A stretch of DNA of 64,000 nt from NCBI GenBank assembly GCA_023920165.1, contig CP089275.1:1178001-1242000 (forward strand). The letters run 5' to 3'. Under the pieces are notes generated by a model that worked only from the letters and a program-made list of their open reading frames with translations, ran no database searches and was not told where the DNA came from. Position numbers and translations under genes: made by a program. Each line of letters begins with the position of its first letter. Within the stretch, counting starts at the first letter, position 1. Below are positions 1-12,590 of the stretch, in pieces. Source of the stretch: Curvularia clavata. Taxonomy: Eukaryota.

Positions 1-1799
1 ACTGGATCAGAAATAAACGGCGCGGAATCAAGCCACGTCACGTTCAGCTCCGTAGGAGCGTGCTGGTCCCACAACCTATCAACAACGTCCGCGTGTTGAG
101 TAAGACAAATATCGCCGAGTTCCCAGCCGTATAGCTCTTTGTGCGAGCGTAACGAGTTTATTAGATCGCGTGCAAGAGATAGTGAAAGACTCTGGGTGGG
201 TGATTCGAGGACAGGAAACTCCGTCTGCACCGCTAGGCGGAGAAGGAACGTGGTTGTAGATGACAATACGAATGCGGCTGTTGGTAGCCAAAAGTCCCAT
301 AGCTGTTTAGTGGACAGCTCGTTCACAAAGAAGACAATATCTTCCGCTGATCGACGTGCTTCAAGCAGTCGCTCGCTAGACACCTGACCTAGCGGAATGT
401 CTGCTTCCTCGACACTCAGGTCAAGACGAAGATTAAAAAACTTTAGTGCCAGATAACACAACCTGAGATTGGCTGTACCAGGGACATTCAAGTCAGAGCC
501 TCTGACGAGGATTCGCCTAATATCCCCGGGTAACATATCAGTCCACGTGTTTAGATCAAGCAAAAGGTTACGTGCCAAGGCAGCGATATTTGCGCCTTCA
601 CTAATGGTATATAGCTGCTCCAAGTAAGTTCCGAGGACGGTGCTGAGGCTAGCCAGAACCTCGAAAATCCTGCCTTGTTCGTCGGGAGACGTCCTCTTAG
701 GAAGGGGCACATCATAATGGGTGTGGCAAATGTGTGGCGGTGTCCCATGTGTAAGACTTGTCCATCGATCGTGAATGACAAGGCAGTACCATACATTGAT
801 GCGAAAAGTCTTTTCCTGATCTGTGATGTTCCAGGATACAGGATTCCTATGCAAGCCGAGGCTTTTGGCCAAGGAGATGGCAGAACCCAAAAGCATTCCG
901 TTGCCTACCATCGTCGTGGTTGGACGACCTCCAATATTCAGCAATATGGAAATGATTGATGGCATGCCAGGTGAAATATGAAGTTCAGAGTAGAGAGCAT
1001 CCAATGCCAAGTTCCAGATGAAACGGCTATCTGGGCGACGACAGCTGCTCAGTCGCTCATCGGAGGGCCAGTAGCACATGGCATTAGCATACACACAGGC
1101 AAGTACAGCTGGCGAGGTGCGAGAGTATATGCTGTGCTGGGCAAAGAAGTCTTCGTGGAGTATGGGAAAACACGCGTTTCCTTTGGTGCAATAGACCATG
1201 AGCAATGTGTCTTGGTGAGGCTCCAAAAGCTTGACAATCATCTGCAGCTTGGCTGAGGAAGGGTTCGGGTCTATGGTCAAACCCACAGGCCTCTTCTTCA
1301 CGCGCATGAAGACAACAGGCGCCGACGCAGTGCCAGGCAACGCGGGTCGGATAGCCCGCTCTCCATGTGTTGCATGAATGCTAGACAGATAGTCTTGGAG
1401 AAAATGACTATCCGCAGCGGTGGCTGGGGCCACAATATGTGGGTTGTCCTCATCGTTGGCGTCGAATGGTACCTCTGGAGCCGCACCGAGGCACAGACTA
1501 GGAGATGTTGAAATGGTGGTGGAGTTGGTATTGACGGTGGACGGCTGGTCACGTGTTCGCATCGAAGCCTGAGATAACGACTGGGGAGAGTAACGCGATC
1601 TCTGCTCAGTCTGTCGGTCCCTTGATGCAGTCTGTGCTGAACCAGTCCGCGGCGGTCGGACGCACTGCGTCTGATGCGCTTTGCACATGAGGCAGACGTG
1701 CTCCGCCGGTTCATACTTGCAACGAGACTTCCGCCTGCGGCAAGGGTTGCACGCTGGCTGGTTTCGGTCCTTCACAACGCGGTGTGCAGGGGATTGCAT
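1..1799 (-). CDS. Zn(II)2Cys6 fungal transcription factor, 3' end runs off the window
   Basis: Manual translation from ATG 1799 gives MQSPAHRVVKDRNQPACNPCRRRKSRCKYEPAEHVCLMCKAHQTQC (six-Cys cluster). A Fungal_trans-like segment follows (AKSLGLHRNP...RINVWYCLVIHDRWTSLTHGTPP). The frame is open with no intron to base 1; it is missing from the ORF track, presumably because no stop lies in the window. Confidence 0.9.
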   Translation of the reverse strand, partial: MQSPAHRVVKDRNQPACNPCRRRKSRCKYEPAEHVCLMCKAHQTQCVRPPRTGSAQTASRDRQTEQRSRYSPQSLSQASMRTRDQPSTVNTNSTTISTSPSLCLGAAPEVPFDANDEDNPHIVAPATAADSHFLQDYLSSIHATHGERAIRPALPGTASAPVVFMRVKKRPVGLTIDPNPSSAKLQMIVKLLEPHQDTLLMVYCTKGNACFPILHEDFFAQHSIYSRTSPAVLACVYANAMCYWPSDERLSSCRRPDSRFIWNLALDALYSELHISPGMPSIISILLNIGGRPTTTMVGNGMLLGSAISLAKSLGLHRNPVSWNITDQEKTFRINVWYCLVIHDRWTSLTHGTPPHICHTHYDVPLPKRTSPDEQGRIFEVLASLSTVLGTYLEQLYTISEGANIAALARNLLLDLNTWTDMLPGDIRRILVRGSDLNVPGTANLRLCYLALKFFNLRLDLSVEEADIPLGQVSSERLLEARRSAEDIVFFVNELSTKQLWDFWLPTAAFVLSSTTTFLLRLAVQTEFPVLESPTQSLSLSLARDLINSLRSHKELYGWELGDICLTQHADVVDRLWDQHAPTELNVTWLDSAPFISDP

Positions 1800-3164
1800 A
1801 CTTTTGGAGAGCTGCACAGACAACCAACAATTGGCCAGGTGGAGGGAGCGCGGAGCAAAACCTAGAGGAGTTCGAGGTGAAGAGTGGGCGGTAGAACTCC
1901 GCTCCGCGGGATTTGGTTGTGCGCGGCCCACGGATGGATTCACGTGCCTATCCACCCACTTCCAACCACGTATCTGGCAGCCACCAGGATCTAGTAGCGT
2001 AGCTTCGGCACACTGTAAACCGCCTACAATCATGTGAGGTGAGAGCTACAAGACTTCTTTATCAGTCAGGCGTGGCTCCCGGAAGGCGCAGTTAGATTAC
2101 GGCTAGACTGCTGCTTCAGTACACTAAGGATGAAGACTGCGCGACTCGATTTAAGAGTAAATTTCTGTCAAAGCCCAGCTACCTTACTAAAGGCCGTAGT
2201 TTGCTCGGTATGAAACCTCATGGCGTTCTTTCATAGGTTAATAAAGATTTGAGACGGACATGTAAAGGTAAGAATAGGCCAGAAGCAGCCCGAGCGGGCA
2301 GCCTTGTACAGGCTCGTGGCTTGTTGTGGTATTATAAAGGGAGTAATAATACTACGAGATAAGGACAATGAGTCTGTTTATACATAATGGTTTAAGTATC
2401 TATGCCGAGAATCTGCAAGTTATACAGTTGTTGGTGTCATAAAGAGAGAAGGTAATGTTAGTATTTCGCTACGGCAGCTGCATAGAATATTTTTCTCCAT
2501 GCTGCTATGATATGCCCGAACTGGGCACCGAAATAGAGAGTTTAGTGCGGCTTAGCAGGCGGTAGTCCTAAAACGGGTTCACGTAGAGATGACAACACTT
2601 GAAGTATTAACTGTACTACTCAAAATTACTAAGCGTATGGCTAAGTTGAGCTAGTTCGATAGTTTGAACTTATATATCCCAGTATATAAAGACCCAAAAA
2701 TATGTTTCGAGCATCGTCGTCCTCACTTTATTCTTTTCATGAAGCGGGGTCATTTCGCAAACTCCAAGCCACCACACCCACCACACCCACGAGCGGGGTA
2801 GAAAAGCACCGAAACCTTGGGTCGCGGGATCGCTGTTTTTCCCGTCTGAACCTTGTATCAAGCGTCATATACAGCTATTTAGCTTTTGTCCCAGGCAGAA
2901 AGTTTAGCCAAGATTTTTTATTTCCAAAACTTAGTTTTGTGTGATATACAAGTATTGACGAGTGAGGGGCAGGGATACAGACTCGAATATTCTTTATGCA
3001 TAATACAGAATGATTCCAGGTGCTAAGATGACGGTATTCGCAAAGTAAGCCTTCACAGATGCGCTCGATGCAAGCAAAGTCATGAATGTGTTATTCGTGA
3101 ATAATATTTATCATTACTATTCCATACCCATCACACTCTGTATATACACACCTGCCGCACAAAC

Positions 3165-4956
3165 CTAGAGCTCCCGCTTATACAGCGGCGTCTCACCGGT
3201 AAAGTTGCCCGACTGGCCTGAGAAGTTATCCGTGCTGCTAAAGTCCTTGACGCGACCGAGCAGGATCTCGAGCATGCGGTAGCCGACACCGGCCGTGTAG
3301 CCGGGCAGCTCGTGGCCTGCAAGGCGGGCAGTGTAGAAGGTGAGACCGCGCTCCTTGGTCCAGTAACCCTGGTATCCAGAGCCGGCGAGGGCTCCGCCGT
3401 TGTACTCGGGGTGGTAGGGCACGTAGAGGTTCTTGGAGGGGTACTGAGAGAAACCCTGGGCGCCGTGCCAGGTCATGTTTTGGATGGCGAAGAGGGTGCC
3501 GTTGGTGCTAAGGAGCATGTCGAGGTCGCCGGAGCCAATGATGGCGTTGTTGGTCTTCTCAATGACATTTTGAAGGACTCCGTTGTTTGCGGGACCCATC
3601 GAAGTGTCCGAGCCGTTGTCGGTTCCGTTGCCAAAGACGTTGGTGTCTGTGCATTGCTGCCAGTTGCTGTTGGGGCTTGCGTGAAGAGCCAGCTTGACAT
3701 CGGTGCGGTTGAAGTAGATTTGAGCGCCTGGTGGGCTATAGTCGCCGGGGTTGACTATGCCGAGCTGGGAGTACCTGAAGGGGCACATGTCGCTAATGTG
3801 GTAGATGTTGAAGCAGGGGTTCACCTCCTGGATTGCTCCGTAGAAGTTGTCAAACTGGTCGCAGCTGTAGTTGTTCGCATTTGAGACGGCGGGCAGCACA
3901 GGGAAGGGTCCCTTCGGCGGAGGGAATCTGAAGTACTTGTCCATGTACTGGGTGTAACCGCAATCCTCGTTGTGCTTTCTGGACCTCTCCATAAACGTGT
4001 CATTTAGGAAGAGAAGATTCTGCCAGAACTCGGCGTATGGCTGGATGACAACCTGCTGCTGAACGGTCTCATCGCCGATGATGGGGTCATTGATGGAGAT
4101 ACCAGCAAGGTTCCAGTACTTCTTGTTCTTGGCATTGATGAAGCTGTTGGCGATGTAGGGAACATACATTCCGGCGTAAGACTCTCCAGTGATGTAGGTC
4201 TTCCAGCTGTGGGTGTTGAAGGTGTCGACGAAGCTCTTGTAGAAGCCGCGGAACTCGTTGCCGAGTTCGATTTCGTTGGTGATGTTGGGTACGCCCTCAG
4301 AGTAGCCAACGCCAACGGGCTGCTCAACCCAGAGGACGTTGGTAAGGTTGTTCCAAGAGTATGGGTTCTGGGTAGGGGCGAGTGTGCCCTCCATCCACGT
4401 GAATGGTCCATTCTCTGTGAGCAATCCACTGAGCGAACTGCAACCGGGACCACCGTTCAGCCTGTATATGTTAGACTGACGTTGTATGAGAATCATATGC
4501 TGTAGAGGACTTACCAGATAACAATCTCCTCGGGCCTCTTGTCCAGGGTGGCTGGGAAGAACCAGAAGAAGAGCTTTCGCGTCTCATGTGGGTCGTCGGA
4601 GATGGGCAGCAAGCCAGCATAGCTCTCGCCTACGTCAAAGTCGACCTCTGGAATACCAGTGCCATTGACGGAAAAGGCTGAAAGAAATTAGCATCTCATG
4701 TCTCCCTGATACTTGAACGACAGTACTTACGTTTGGTCTTTTCAGTAGCGAAAAAACTCTTTGCCCTCTTCTGGATCTCGGGATTGCGGAAACCCCGGCC
4801 AGCAATACGTCTCTCGACGACTGGGGCAGTCTTGACGACCCTGTTGATGTCGTCGATCCTCTTGACCTTGCTAAAGGCACCCAGCTTGTGAGGGGTGTTG
4901 GCAGCAAGAGCTGTCGAAACACACAAGAAGGACCCAAGAACCGAAACCAGCTTCAT
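3165..4956 (-). CDS. Secreted serine carboxypeptidase (peptidase S10), 3 exons
   Basis: Signal peptide [18 protein letters not shown]. Motifs [10 protein letters not shown]...[27 protein letters not shown], catalytic GESYAG and AGHELP. Introns near 4680-4730 and 4462-4513. Confidence 0.95.
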
Positions 4957-5149
4957 CTTTGCAAATGACTGATGACCGATTGCTCTTGGAGCTGGCCATG
5001 GTTTGACCGGCGAGGGGCGAGATTTAAACACTTGCAACGAGCCATTTTCTCGGGATAGGCACCCTGGCGCTTGACCGAGAAGAGCAGGAGGTATGCAGAG
5101 ATTCAACGAAGGGCGGTAATAGCAGATAAGTTGTGGCCAGGATGTTGCC

Positions 5150-5175
5150 GGCCGTGCAGGCCGTGCAGGCCGTGC
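5150..5175. repeat. Three tandem GGCCGTGC(A) units upstream of the carboxypeptidase
   Basis: ggccgtgcaggccgtgcaggccgtgc read directly; a fourth GCCGTGCA lies at 5304-5311. Confidence 0.75.
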
Positions 5176-6453
5176 TATGTGGTAGATGTTTGCATCACCG
5201 GGGACAATCACGCAGCATGACGCAGTCGGCAATGAAGTACAGGCATGCCGACCTTCCTGAAATGAACGGGTAGGACGGAAAGGCAGGTGGTGATTGGCCG
5301 CTAGCCGTGCACGCTAGGCGGTGATGGGAACTAGTTCCGCAAGCATACGGGGCGAAGTGGCTTGGATCCAAATGCTTGTGAATGCTTGGTCGAGCTTGGA
5401 GATTTGGCGTCCGATATTGTGGCAGCCCGCAGGTACGCTGTATTGCCCTTTGGAGTCACTCGTGTGGCCGCCTGATAACGACATGGCCATGCCGGAGGGG
5501 TTGCCACCAACAACGACGCCGGGCAACTCGTCAGCTTCGCCCGATTCCAGTGGTAATGCCAAGCGTGGCTGGGCGAATGTAATCCTGTAGTTGAGGCTGT
5601 AGCATGAGGTAATGCTGCAAATCCAAGTAAGCATGCATGGTAGTGTGCGCACGCGCGTTCTGGGAGCGTATACTAAACTTACTGGAGATGAAGGGCTTGG
5701 GTGTGTATGCGTTTCCCGCTACGCGACTGCAGCTACCTGTGTTGCTGACATGGTTGGCTCAGGCGCAAATGCTCCGTTTCCCTAGCTGCCCCGTTTTGCC
5801 ACTATGAGTGTAAGCTATGCCTATCAACCACCTCGGACCGGCGCTGAGTTGGCCCGGCATCGTTCATAGCCTCTTGTCCGAATGGAGACAAGCACGCGTG
5901 ATATATACACAAAGTCCAAGGCTTGGTTGATGAATGTGGGCGCAGCATTGAACCAATCTAAAAGCACGTTGCCACTGCTTGTTTCGTCACGTCTTCCGCC
6001 GACTTCCGCATACCTGCACACAAACGTAAACATGTTTCGTTTTGACGAATATTCGCATAGACTGTCCATCTTGTCTGATGTGCAGCAAGGGAAAAGGCCC
6101 GATCGGGGTAATTGTGGTTAAAAGACGGCACCGATGCTGTTCGCAGGCAATGTATGTCAAACTCAAATAAGCCCCAGGACAAAGCACAGCAACCAAGCTA
6201 GTTACAACCAAGTGCTGACTTTGAAATTTGCCGCCGATCACAATCCGAGTAAGAACGGCAAACCTCATTGTTCGTGGTACCCACAGGCCGTTGTCCCTGC
6301 ATATAGGTAAGCTGAACAGGGATCATAGTGAACCTTCTGTTGCGCACCGCCACAACCTTTTGCAAGTAATCCGAGTCACGTTAGTAGCCATCGGCCCTTT
6401 GGTGCTCAACATACAGTACTCTGTACTCTGTACACATAATAGTTCATACATAT

Positions 6454-7565
6454 CTAGCTTTGCACACTACCCAGATCAATCAGACCACCAGCAGGCGGAG
6501 AGAACTGTCGCAGTTTGACGCCACTCTCTTCAAAGATCTTGGCCGTCTGGTCGTCGACTAAGTATCCCTGGTTATACACCACTTCCGTTATACCGACCTG
6601 CGTGATCTTAACGCTGCACGTCAGACAGGGACAGGTGTTGCAATAGAGGATGGCGCTACCGCCGATGCGGTCGCGGCCCGCCTCGAGTAGGGCGTTCTCT
6701 TCGGCATGAAGACAGAGACAGGTCGAGAGGCCTGAGCCTCCTTTTGCAGCGTTGTTGCAGCGAGGACCTGGAACTTGTCAGTACGTACAATTAAATTCCG
6801 TCGGCCATCGGCAACGTACATCCGCCTTCGTTACAGTTGGTCATGCCACGCGGGGTGCCGTTGTAGCCAGTACTTATGACGCGCTTGTCCCTCACTATGC
6901 AACAGCCCACTCTTCGCTTCATACAATTACTCCTCAGTGCAGCCAGGTCAGCCAACTGCATAAAGTACTGATCCCAATTCGGCCGCAAACGAGCCTCGTC
7001 CGTAAGGTCGAGCTTTCGAATGGCCGCACGCAAAGTCTCTATCGAATCGGTCGAGTTGAGCAGGTGAAGCTGTGCCCGGTAGGCCATCCAGCTCAGGCCC
7101 GTGTTTGGAGCAAACTCGTAGGCGTCGTGCTGTTCGACAAAGTCGAGGAGAGAGGGCGGAGCAATGCCGTTTGCAGTGCAGCGGTCGTGATAGCGCTGCC
7201 ACTGCACTTTGGCAGGGGCATGGACACTGACGAGCAGGAAAAAGGGCCGCTTCAACAAGGCATCCACGACGGCAGCATCCCATATGTCGGTAATGACCCA
7301 CCGCTCTCTCCACCTCAGCGTGACGAAGTCGAGGAGCGAATCGACATCTTGAAAGGTATACTGGGGGTCGGTAGCAGGCTGTGCTAGAGCTGGATGCTCA
7401 TTGTGAGGCGCGTTGGAGGGGCTGGCCAGGCGTAGGCGGGTGAAGTTGTACTCGTCGATGAGGCAGGACGCAATCTCGGACTTGCCCGCACAAATTCCTG
7501 CTGCCTGTCAGCAAGCGGCTGGCTTGTCTGGCGATCATCTTGCCTCCACACACTCCGATAAGCAT
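6454..7565 (-). CDS. DCD1: Deoxycytidylate (dCMP) deaminase, 3 exons
   Basis: Predicted N-terminus MLIGVCGGICAGKSEIA. Conserved RPNWDQYFMQLADLAALRSNCMKRRVGC and STGYNGTPRG. Zn motifs CLHAEENALLEAG and TCPCLTC. Stop TAG at 6454-6456. Confidence 0.95.
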
Positions 7566-7955
7566 GGCGATGGACGTTGGTGGTGTGTTGCTTAAAGGGC
7601 GCTGAAGAGCTACATGGAATACATACAACGTGTCGGTGAAGGGACCAGCAGCGCGTGTGCGGCTGCAGGAACGCGCTCTAGCGCTGCCCCGCCTCCCCGC
7701 CTGTCCGCCGGCCTGGCTCGAGATGGGAAGGCATGACACGGCGGGGCGAAGCGTGCCTGCCTAGTAGAGCCTCACCAGATGACAACTCCATCATGCGCCC
7801 TTGACAACTTCACGTGCCTCGCCTTCTGCCCTGCTCCTATGACCCGCATGCTCCTCGCCTGCTCGACGCCATAGACACTGTCCTCATCCCCCGTCGTCTC
7901 CCCTCAACCTTCAACTGTCCCTGGCCCCAGCCTACCCCACTACCACCCACCCACC

Positions 7956-10257
7956 ATGGCGTCGCTCAAGTTCGCTCCCTGGATGAGCGATGTCGACGTA
8001 CAGTTCTACGCCGCCCTTGCTCATATCAAGATCAACCATGATAAGCTCGACGACTCGGCGCGCAAAGTGTTGGGCTTATACGAAGTGCGCCCAGCTGAAC
8101 ACTCGTCGCGCTCGATGCGCATCCAGATCCATCCCAATGCGCTGACGTCGGATGAGTACGCTCTGCCAGTCCGATACACAAGCACACGCCTAACCGCGCT
8201 TCAGCACACCTCCGACCTTTTGCCGCGCTGAAGGCATCATCAAAAACTGCAATACCATAGAAGACTACAAGGCCCTTGACCGCGCTGCCATCCTCGAACG
8301 CTCCGCCCAGACGGTACGCTTACCAAGCCCTGCAGTGCCACCCAACTATGTGCTGACTACGCCTAGATATGGGAGGCCATACACGACGGCTCCATCTACG
8401 AGTGCCCATCACTCCTCTCGTCTTTCACTGCCATCATCTTTGCTAATCTCAAAAAGTACAAGTTCACTTATCACTTTGGCTTCCCAGCAATCCAATCAGA
8501 CCCTCCCTGGAAACAGATAGGTGACGTCACAAAGCTGCAGCCCAGAGAGACTACGTATCTAGTCGACGCTGTGCAGACGTGGAGATACAGCTCCGACGTG
8601 CGCCAAAGAGGCTTTTTCCTTGCCAAGCGCATACGCGGAGGTGGTGACTTGGAAGATAGACCAAAGACGCCCGTCACACCCCTGGAAGAGTTTGGCTATA
8701 TCTGGGGCGTCGGTAGACTAGAAGCCTATGAAAAGGGTTTCTTCGACAAGGTTGACAGCCAGGACCGCTTCATATGCTTCGCAGACCCCTCAACGTACGA
8801 AACGAACCCAGGATGGCCGCTTCGCAACCTCCTCATCCTCATACGGCATCGATGGAACCTGCGTGATGCCCAGATTCTGTGTTACCGTGACACACATACA
8901 CGGCGCGACCAGTCCAATTCTCTGATCCTCCAACTGCGCTCTGATACAGACCCTGATGCCGCTCCTTCATCTCCCATGTTGGAGCGGAGGAACACCGGCC
9001 CCCAAGTCCCACCACTTCCCAAGGTCACAGGCTGGGAGCGCACGGAAAACGGAAAACTCACCTCCCGTACGGTCGATCTATCAGAGTACATGGATGAGAC
9101 AAAGTTGGCAGACCAGGCCGTCGATCTCAACCTCAAACTGATCAAATGGCGCATCGCTCCCTCAATCGATTTGGATGTCATCAAGAATTGCAAATGCCTA
9201 CTGCTCGGAGCGGGCACTCTCGGCACTTATGTTTCGCGCACGCTGATGGGATGGGGTGTCAGAAAGATTACCTTTATCGACAATGCGACTGTCAGTTTTT
9301 CGAATCCAGTGCGGCAGCCACTATTCAATTTCAAAGACTGTTTGCAAGGCGGGGTCAAGAAGGCAGAAAGGGCTGCAGAGGCTCTGAAAGAGATATACCC
9401 CGGTGTAGACTCGAAAGGCCATGTCATGCAGGTTCCCATGCTCGGCCACCCCATGACTGACAGCGCGACCACCAAGACAGAATTCGAAAAACTGCAGGAG
9501 CTGATTGCCGAGCACGACGCCATATTTTTGCTCATGGACACACGAGAGAGCAGGTGGCTGCCGACCGTCATGGGCAAAGCCCAAGGCAAGATTGTGCTTA
9601 ACGCGGCCCTAGGATTCGATACCTACGTCGTCATGCGCCATGGTGTAAAGGCGACGCGGGAGGGTGACGTAGAGCTAGGATGTTACTTTTGCAACGATGT
9701 TGTTGCACCAGCAGACGTAAGTCATGACGAGCTAACCATAAATGAGAAGACAACTAACTTACACCCTACAGTCCCTTAGCAACGCAACTCTCGACCAACA
9801 ATGTACTGTCACTCGTCCAGGCGTAGCCCCACTCGCATCCAGCCTGATAGTCGAGCTTCTCGTATCCATTCTCCAACACCCCTCACAAGCCCTCGCTCCG
9901 CCTCCCTCTCACCAAACTACTTCATCTACCGCACCATCCCACCCCTCGCTCCCTCCTCCTTTCCAACATCCGCTCGGCACAATCCCCCACACTATCCGCG
10001 GTTACCTGTCCACCTTCTCTAACGTACAGGTCGAAGGCAAGCCGTTTGACTGCTGCTCTGCATGCAGCAACAAGGTGATTGATGCGTACAACGCCGACCC
10101 ATGGGGTTTCGTGCAACGGGCGCTGAATGAGCGGGGCTGGGTCGAGGAAATGAGTGGGTTGAAGGAGGTGCAGCGGTTGGCGGATGAGGCGGCTGCTGAT
10201 GTGGATTGGGAGGAAGAGGATGAGGGAGGGTTGGATGAGGAGGGAGAGATGCTGTAA
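7956..10257 (+). CDS. ATG7: Autophagy E1-like activating enzyme Atg7, multi-exon
   Basis: N-terminal [11 protein letters not shown] and [10 protein letters not shown]. ThiF-like domain [52 protein letters not shown]. Active-site region [12 protein letters not shown]. Confidence 0.97.
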
Positions 10258-11009
10258 TCGTTTCTTTTGATTTTTCTCTTAAGTCTCAATCTCTTTGGCT
10301 GTCTTTGTTGTTGAAAGTCTTTTCGTTTGATTAGCTGGGACCAAGTTTTTCGAGAAAGACCGAGGTCGAAATGGATCTAGCCATGTTGTATAATGAGTTT
10401 ACTTTAGTGTATTAACGTGCATCCCTTTATACCGGAACAACCGGTGTGACAGAACACTTTTTCTTAGGCAGGTAAATTAAAGGCAGAAAAACTTATAGAA
10501 ACATCTTTATAATCTCTTATTATATTCACTTGCATATATCCTACACATAACTAAGTTTTAGATAGAAAAATACACAGTAGTGCGGCTGTGGGACGTCAAT
10601 CTGCTGGCGGCGACATTTCGCGCCTTAACTGGCGCCTCAGCCTACGCAACCATTTCGTTCTAAATTTGCTCGTCGGGCATATTAAGTGATGTCCCACATA
10701 TGCAAGTCTCGGATCCTTGTCTCGAAATACCAGATGATGCTCTGTAGTGGTAATCAGAAAGTTTCTCCGTCGCCGAAGCGACTGGCAAGATTCGCGATGA
10801 GTTTAACTAGCGCAATAAGCCTAGCTTTGTTATCTGAATATATTCACGTGATCTTTGCTCTGGTCAATCATGTGACATGTTCTTCTGGCACGTTCTATCA
10901 CTCTTTGGTCTTTGCTCTATTATTAGCACAATGTCAGGAACGTCCACTACTAGGACCATCCACTTAGTAGACGAAGTTGCAATGTACTATACTAACTAAT
11001 AGAAACATT

Positions 11010-11501
11010 TCCTCCTTCTACGTTTGCGATAGACCGAGCGTCTTTGTTTTACAGCTTGCGGTCTGCGTTGTACGCTTTGTAGAGCGCATTTTTCTCTTCT
11101 TTAGACAATCTAGCCCACTCTTTGTATAGTATAAGCTAACTATGTAGTTTTTCATTCTCGTAGTAAGTTATATAATAAGTCTTCCATAGAATGTAATCTA
11201 GAGTGTCTGGCTAGTGTATACTCTCTACCTAGGCGTTAAAGTCCGCAAACTTCTGGTATCCACGAATTCTGCGGAGCGCGATGGTTTTAATAAAATGGTT
11301 GAGTATAGAGTTCTGGGAGATATTATATAGGGACTCGCAGCCGTGTTTGCAGAGCTTAAAGTTAATCTTCTAAAAAAAAAGAGGCGTTGTAAGCTCGTCT
11401 AGGCTTCTGTAGGTCTACCTAACTTGCTTCTATTCCTAGACATTAACGTATTCTAGAACTGAGAGTAAAAGCTCGTTTAGAAGACTAAAAAGTAATATTA
11501 T
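11010..11501 (-). pseudogene. RIP-inactivated F-box protein gene fragment
   Basis: One frame reads LFSLLNELLLSVLEYVNV*E*KQVR*TYRSLDELTTPLFF*KINFKLC...EWARLSKEEKNALYKAYNADRK. All 8 stops seen are TAG/TAA. Reversing CpA>TpA and TpG>TpA gives SLPNELLLSVLEY...QTCRSL, an F-box-like pattern. Confidence 0.6.
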
Positions 11502-12590
11502 ACTACTATAAGTTGTGGATAGTAAGAGCGTGAACTAGCGCTTTATAAGTAGAAGTATAGGGTACTAGTCTGTACGCGCACTAAGACTAAATTTACGAAA
11601 GTTCCGTTCGGTATCTCTGAGTGAACCGTATTTAGAGTAGTTAAGCATATTTCTAAGCGCAACTCCAAGTTAGCACGGGCTATATCTATGAACACTAACG
11701 CTCTCTTCTATGCTATCTGGTAACTCACGCTATATAGATCGCACGATAATAAAACGTAGTGCATTAAACGTGCGCGATTCTCTTGTATCTAAGGCGGAAG
11801 TTGTATCTATTTTAAATATCGTTCGGACGGTATCTGCTACTGCGAACTAGTGGGTAGATAGAGAGGGGTAAAACGCGCTATCCGACTATAATTCCCTTTC
11901 GACCATAATTCCGTTTGGCATAATGTGTAGGGAGAGAGAGAGGATGGGGCCAAAGCAGGACATGTTTGTCAAGCAGGTGCACCACTTGCTAGATGCGGGA
12001 TCGAGTCCACTTTTTGTTCAAGATTCTTTGGTGCTTGTTGCCTAATGCGCTAAAAACGAGTGCGGCGTTACACCGGCAAATGACTACGAAATTCTAATCT
12101 CAATCGAAAGAGGCAACAATGTGTTCATTCATTGAAATGAAGTCCGAGATTAGGCGTGCTGTTGTTTTCTCGGAGACCGCAGTTGGTCAGCTGTGCTTAT
12201 GGAAGGAGAAAGAAGCGGTTAGTCTGACGATGAAGGCTGACGCTTTCGCTGACTAGATGCGGCCCTCTCGCTACATGCCAGATATGAAAGAATTGAGCTG
12301 CCCCCTGTTTACCACAATGTTAACCCAAAATGTCGAAATATATGGTTTAATGTCAATGTCTTGACCGCTCCCGAAATAGTGTATTTCTTTTCACGAATGA
12401 AACCCAAAATAACTTGTCCCAGTGGCGCTGGGCTAAGGACAAAGCTTCTATGTTTTGCGTCGAGTCTTCTTATAGAAGTAATATAATTGCGCTTTGGTAA
12501 GGAGGCAGGGTATATAAACTGGCTGTGTCGCACAAGTAAAGGGGACACAGCACCTCAGAAGCTCGAAAGCGGCATTCAACTCTATTAATT

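Noticed and set aside
3165..3179. C-terminal KREL of the carboxypeptidase as an ER-retention signal
   Set aside because: Does not match the fungal HDEL consensus; no other support.
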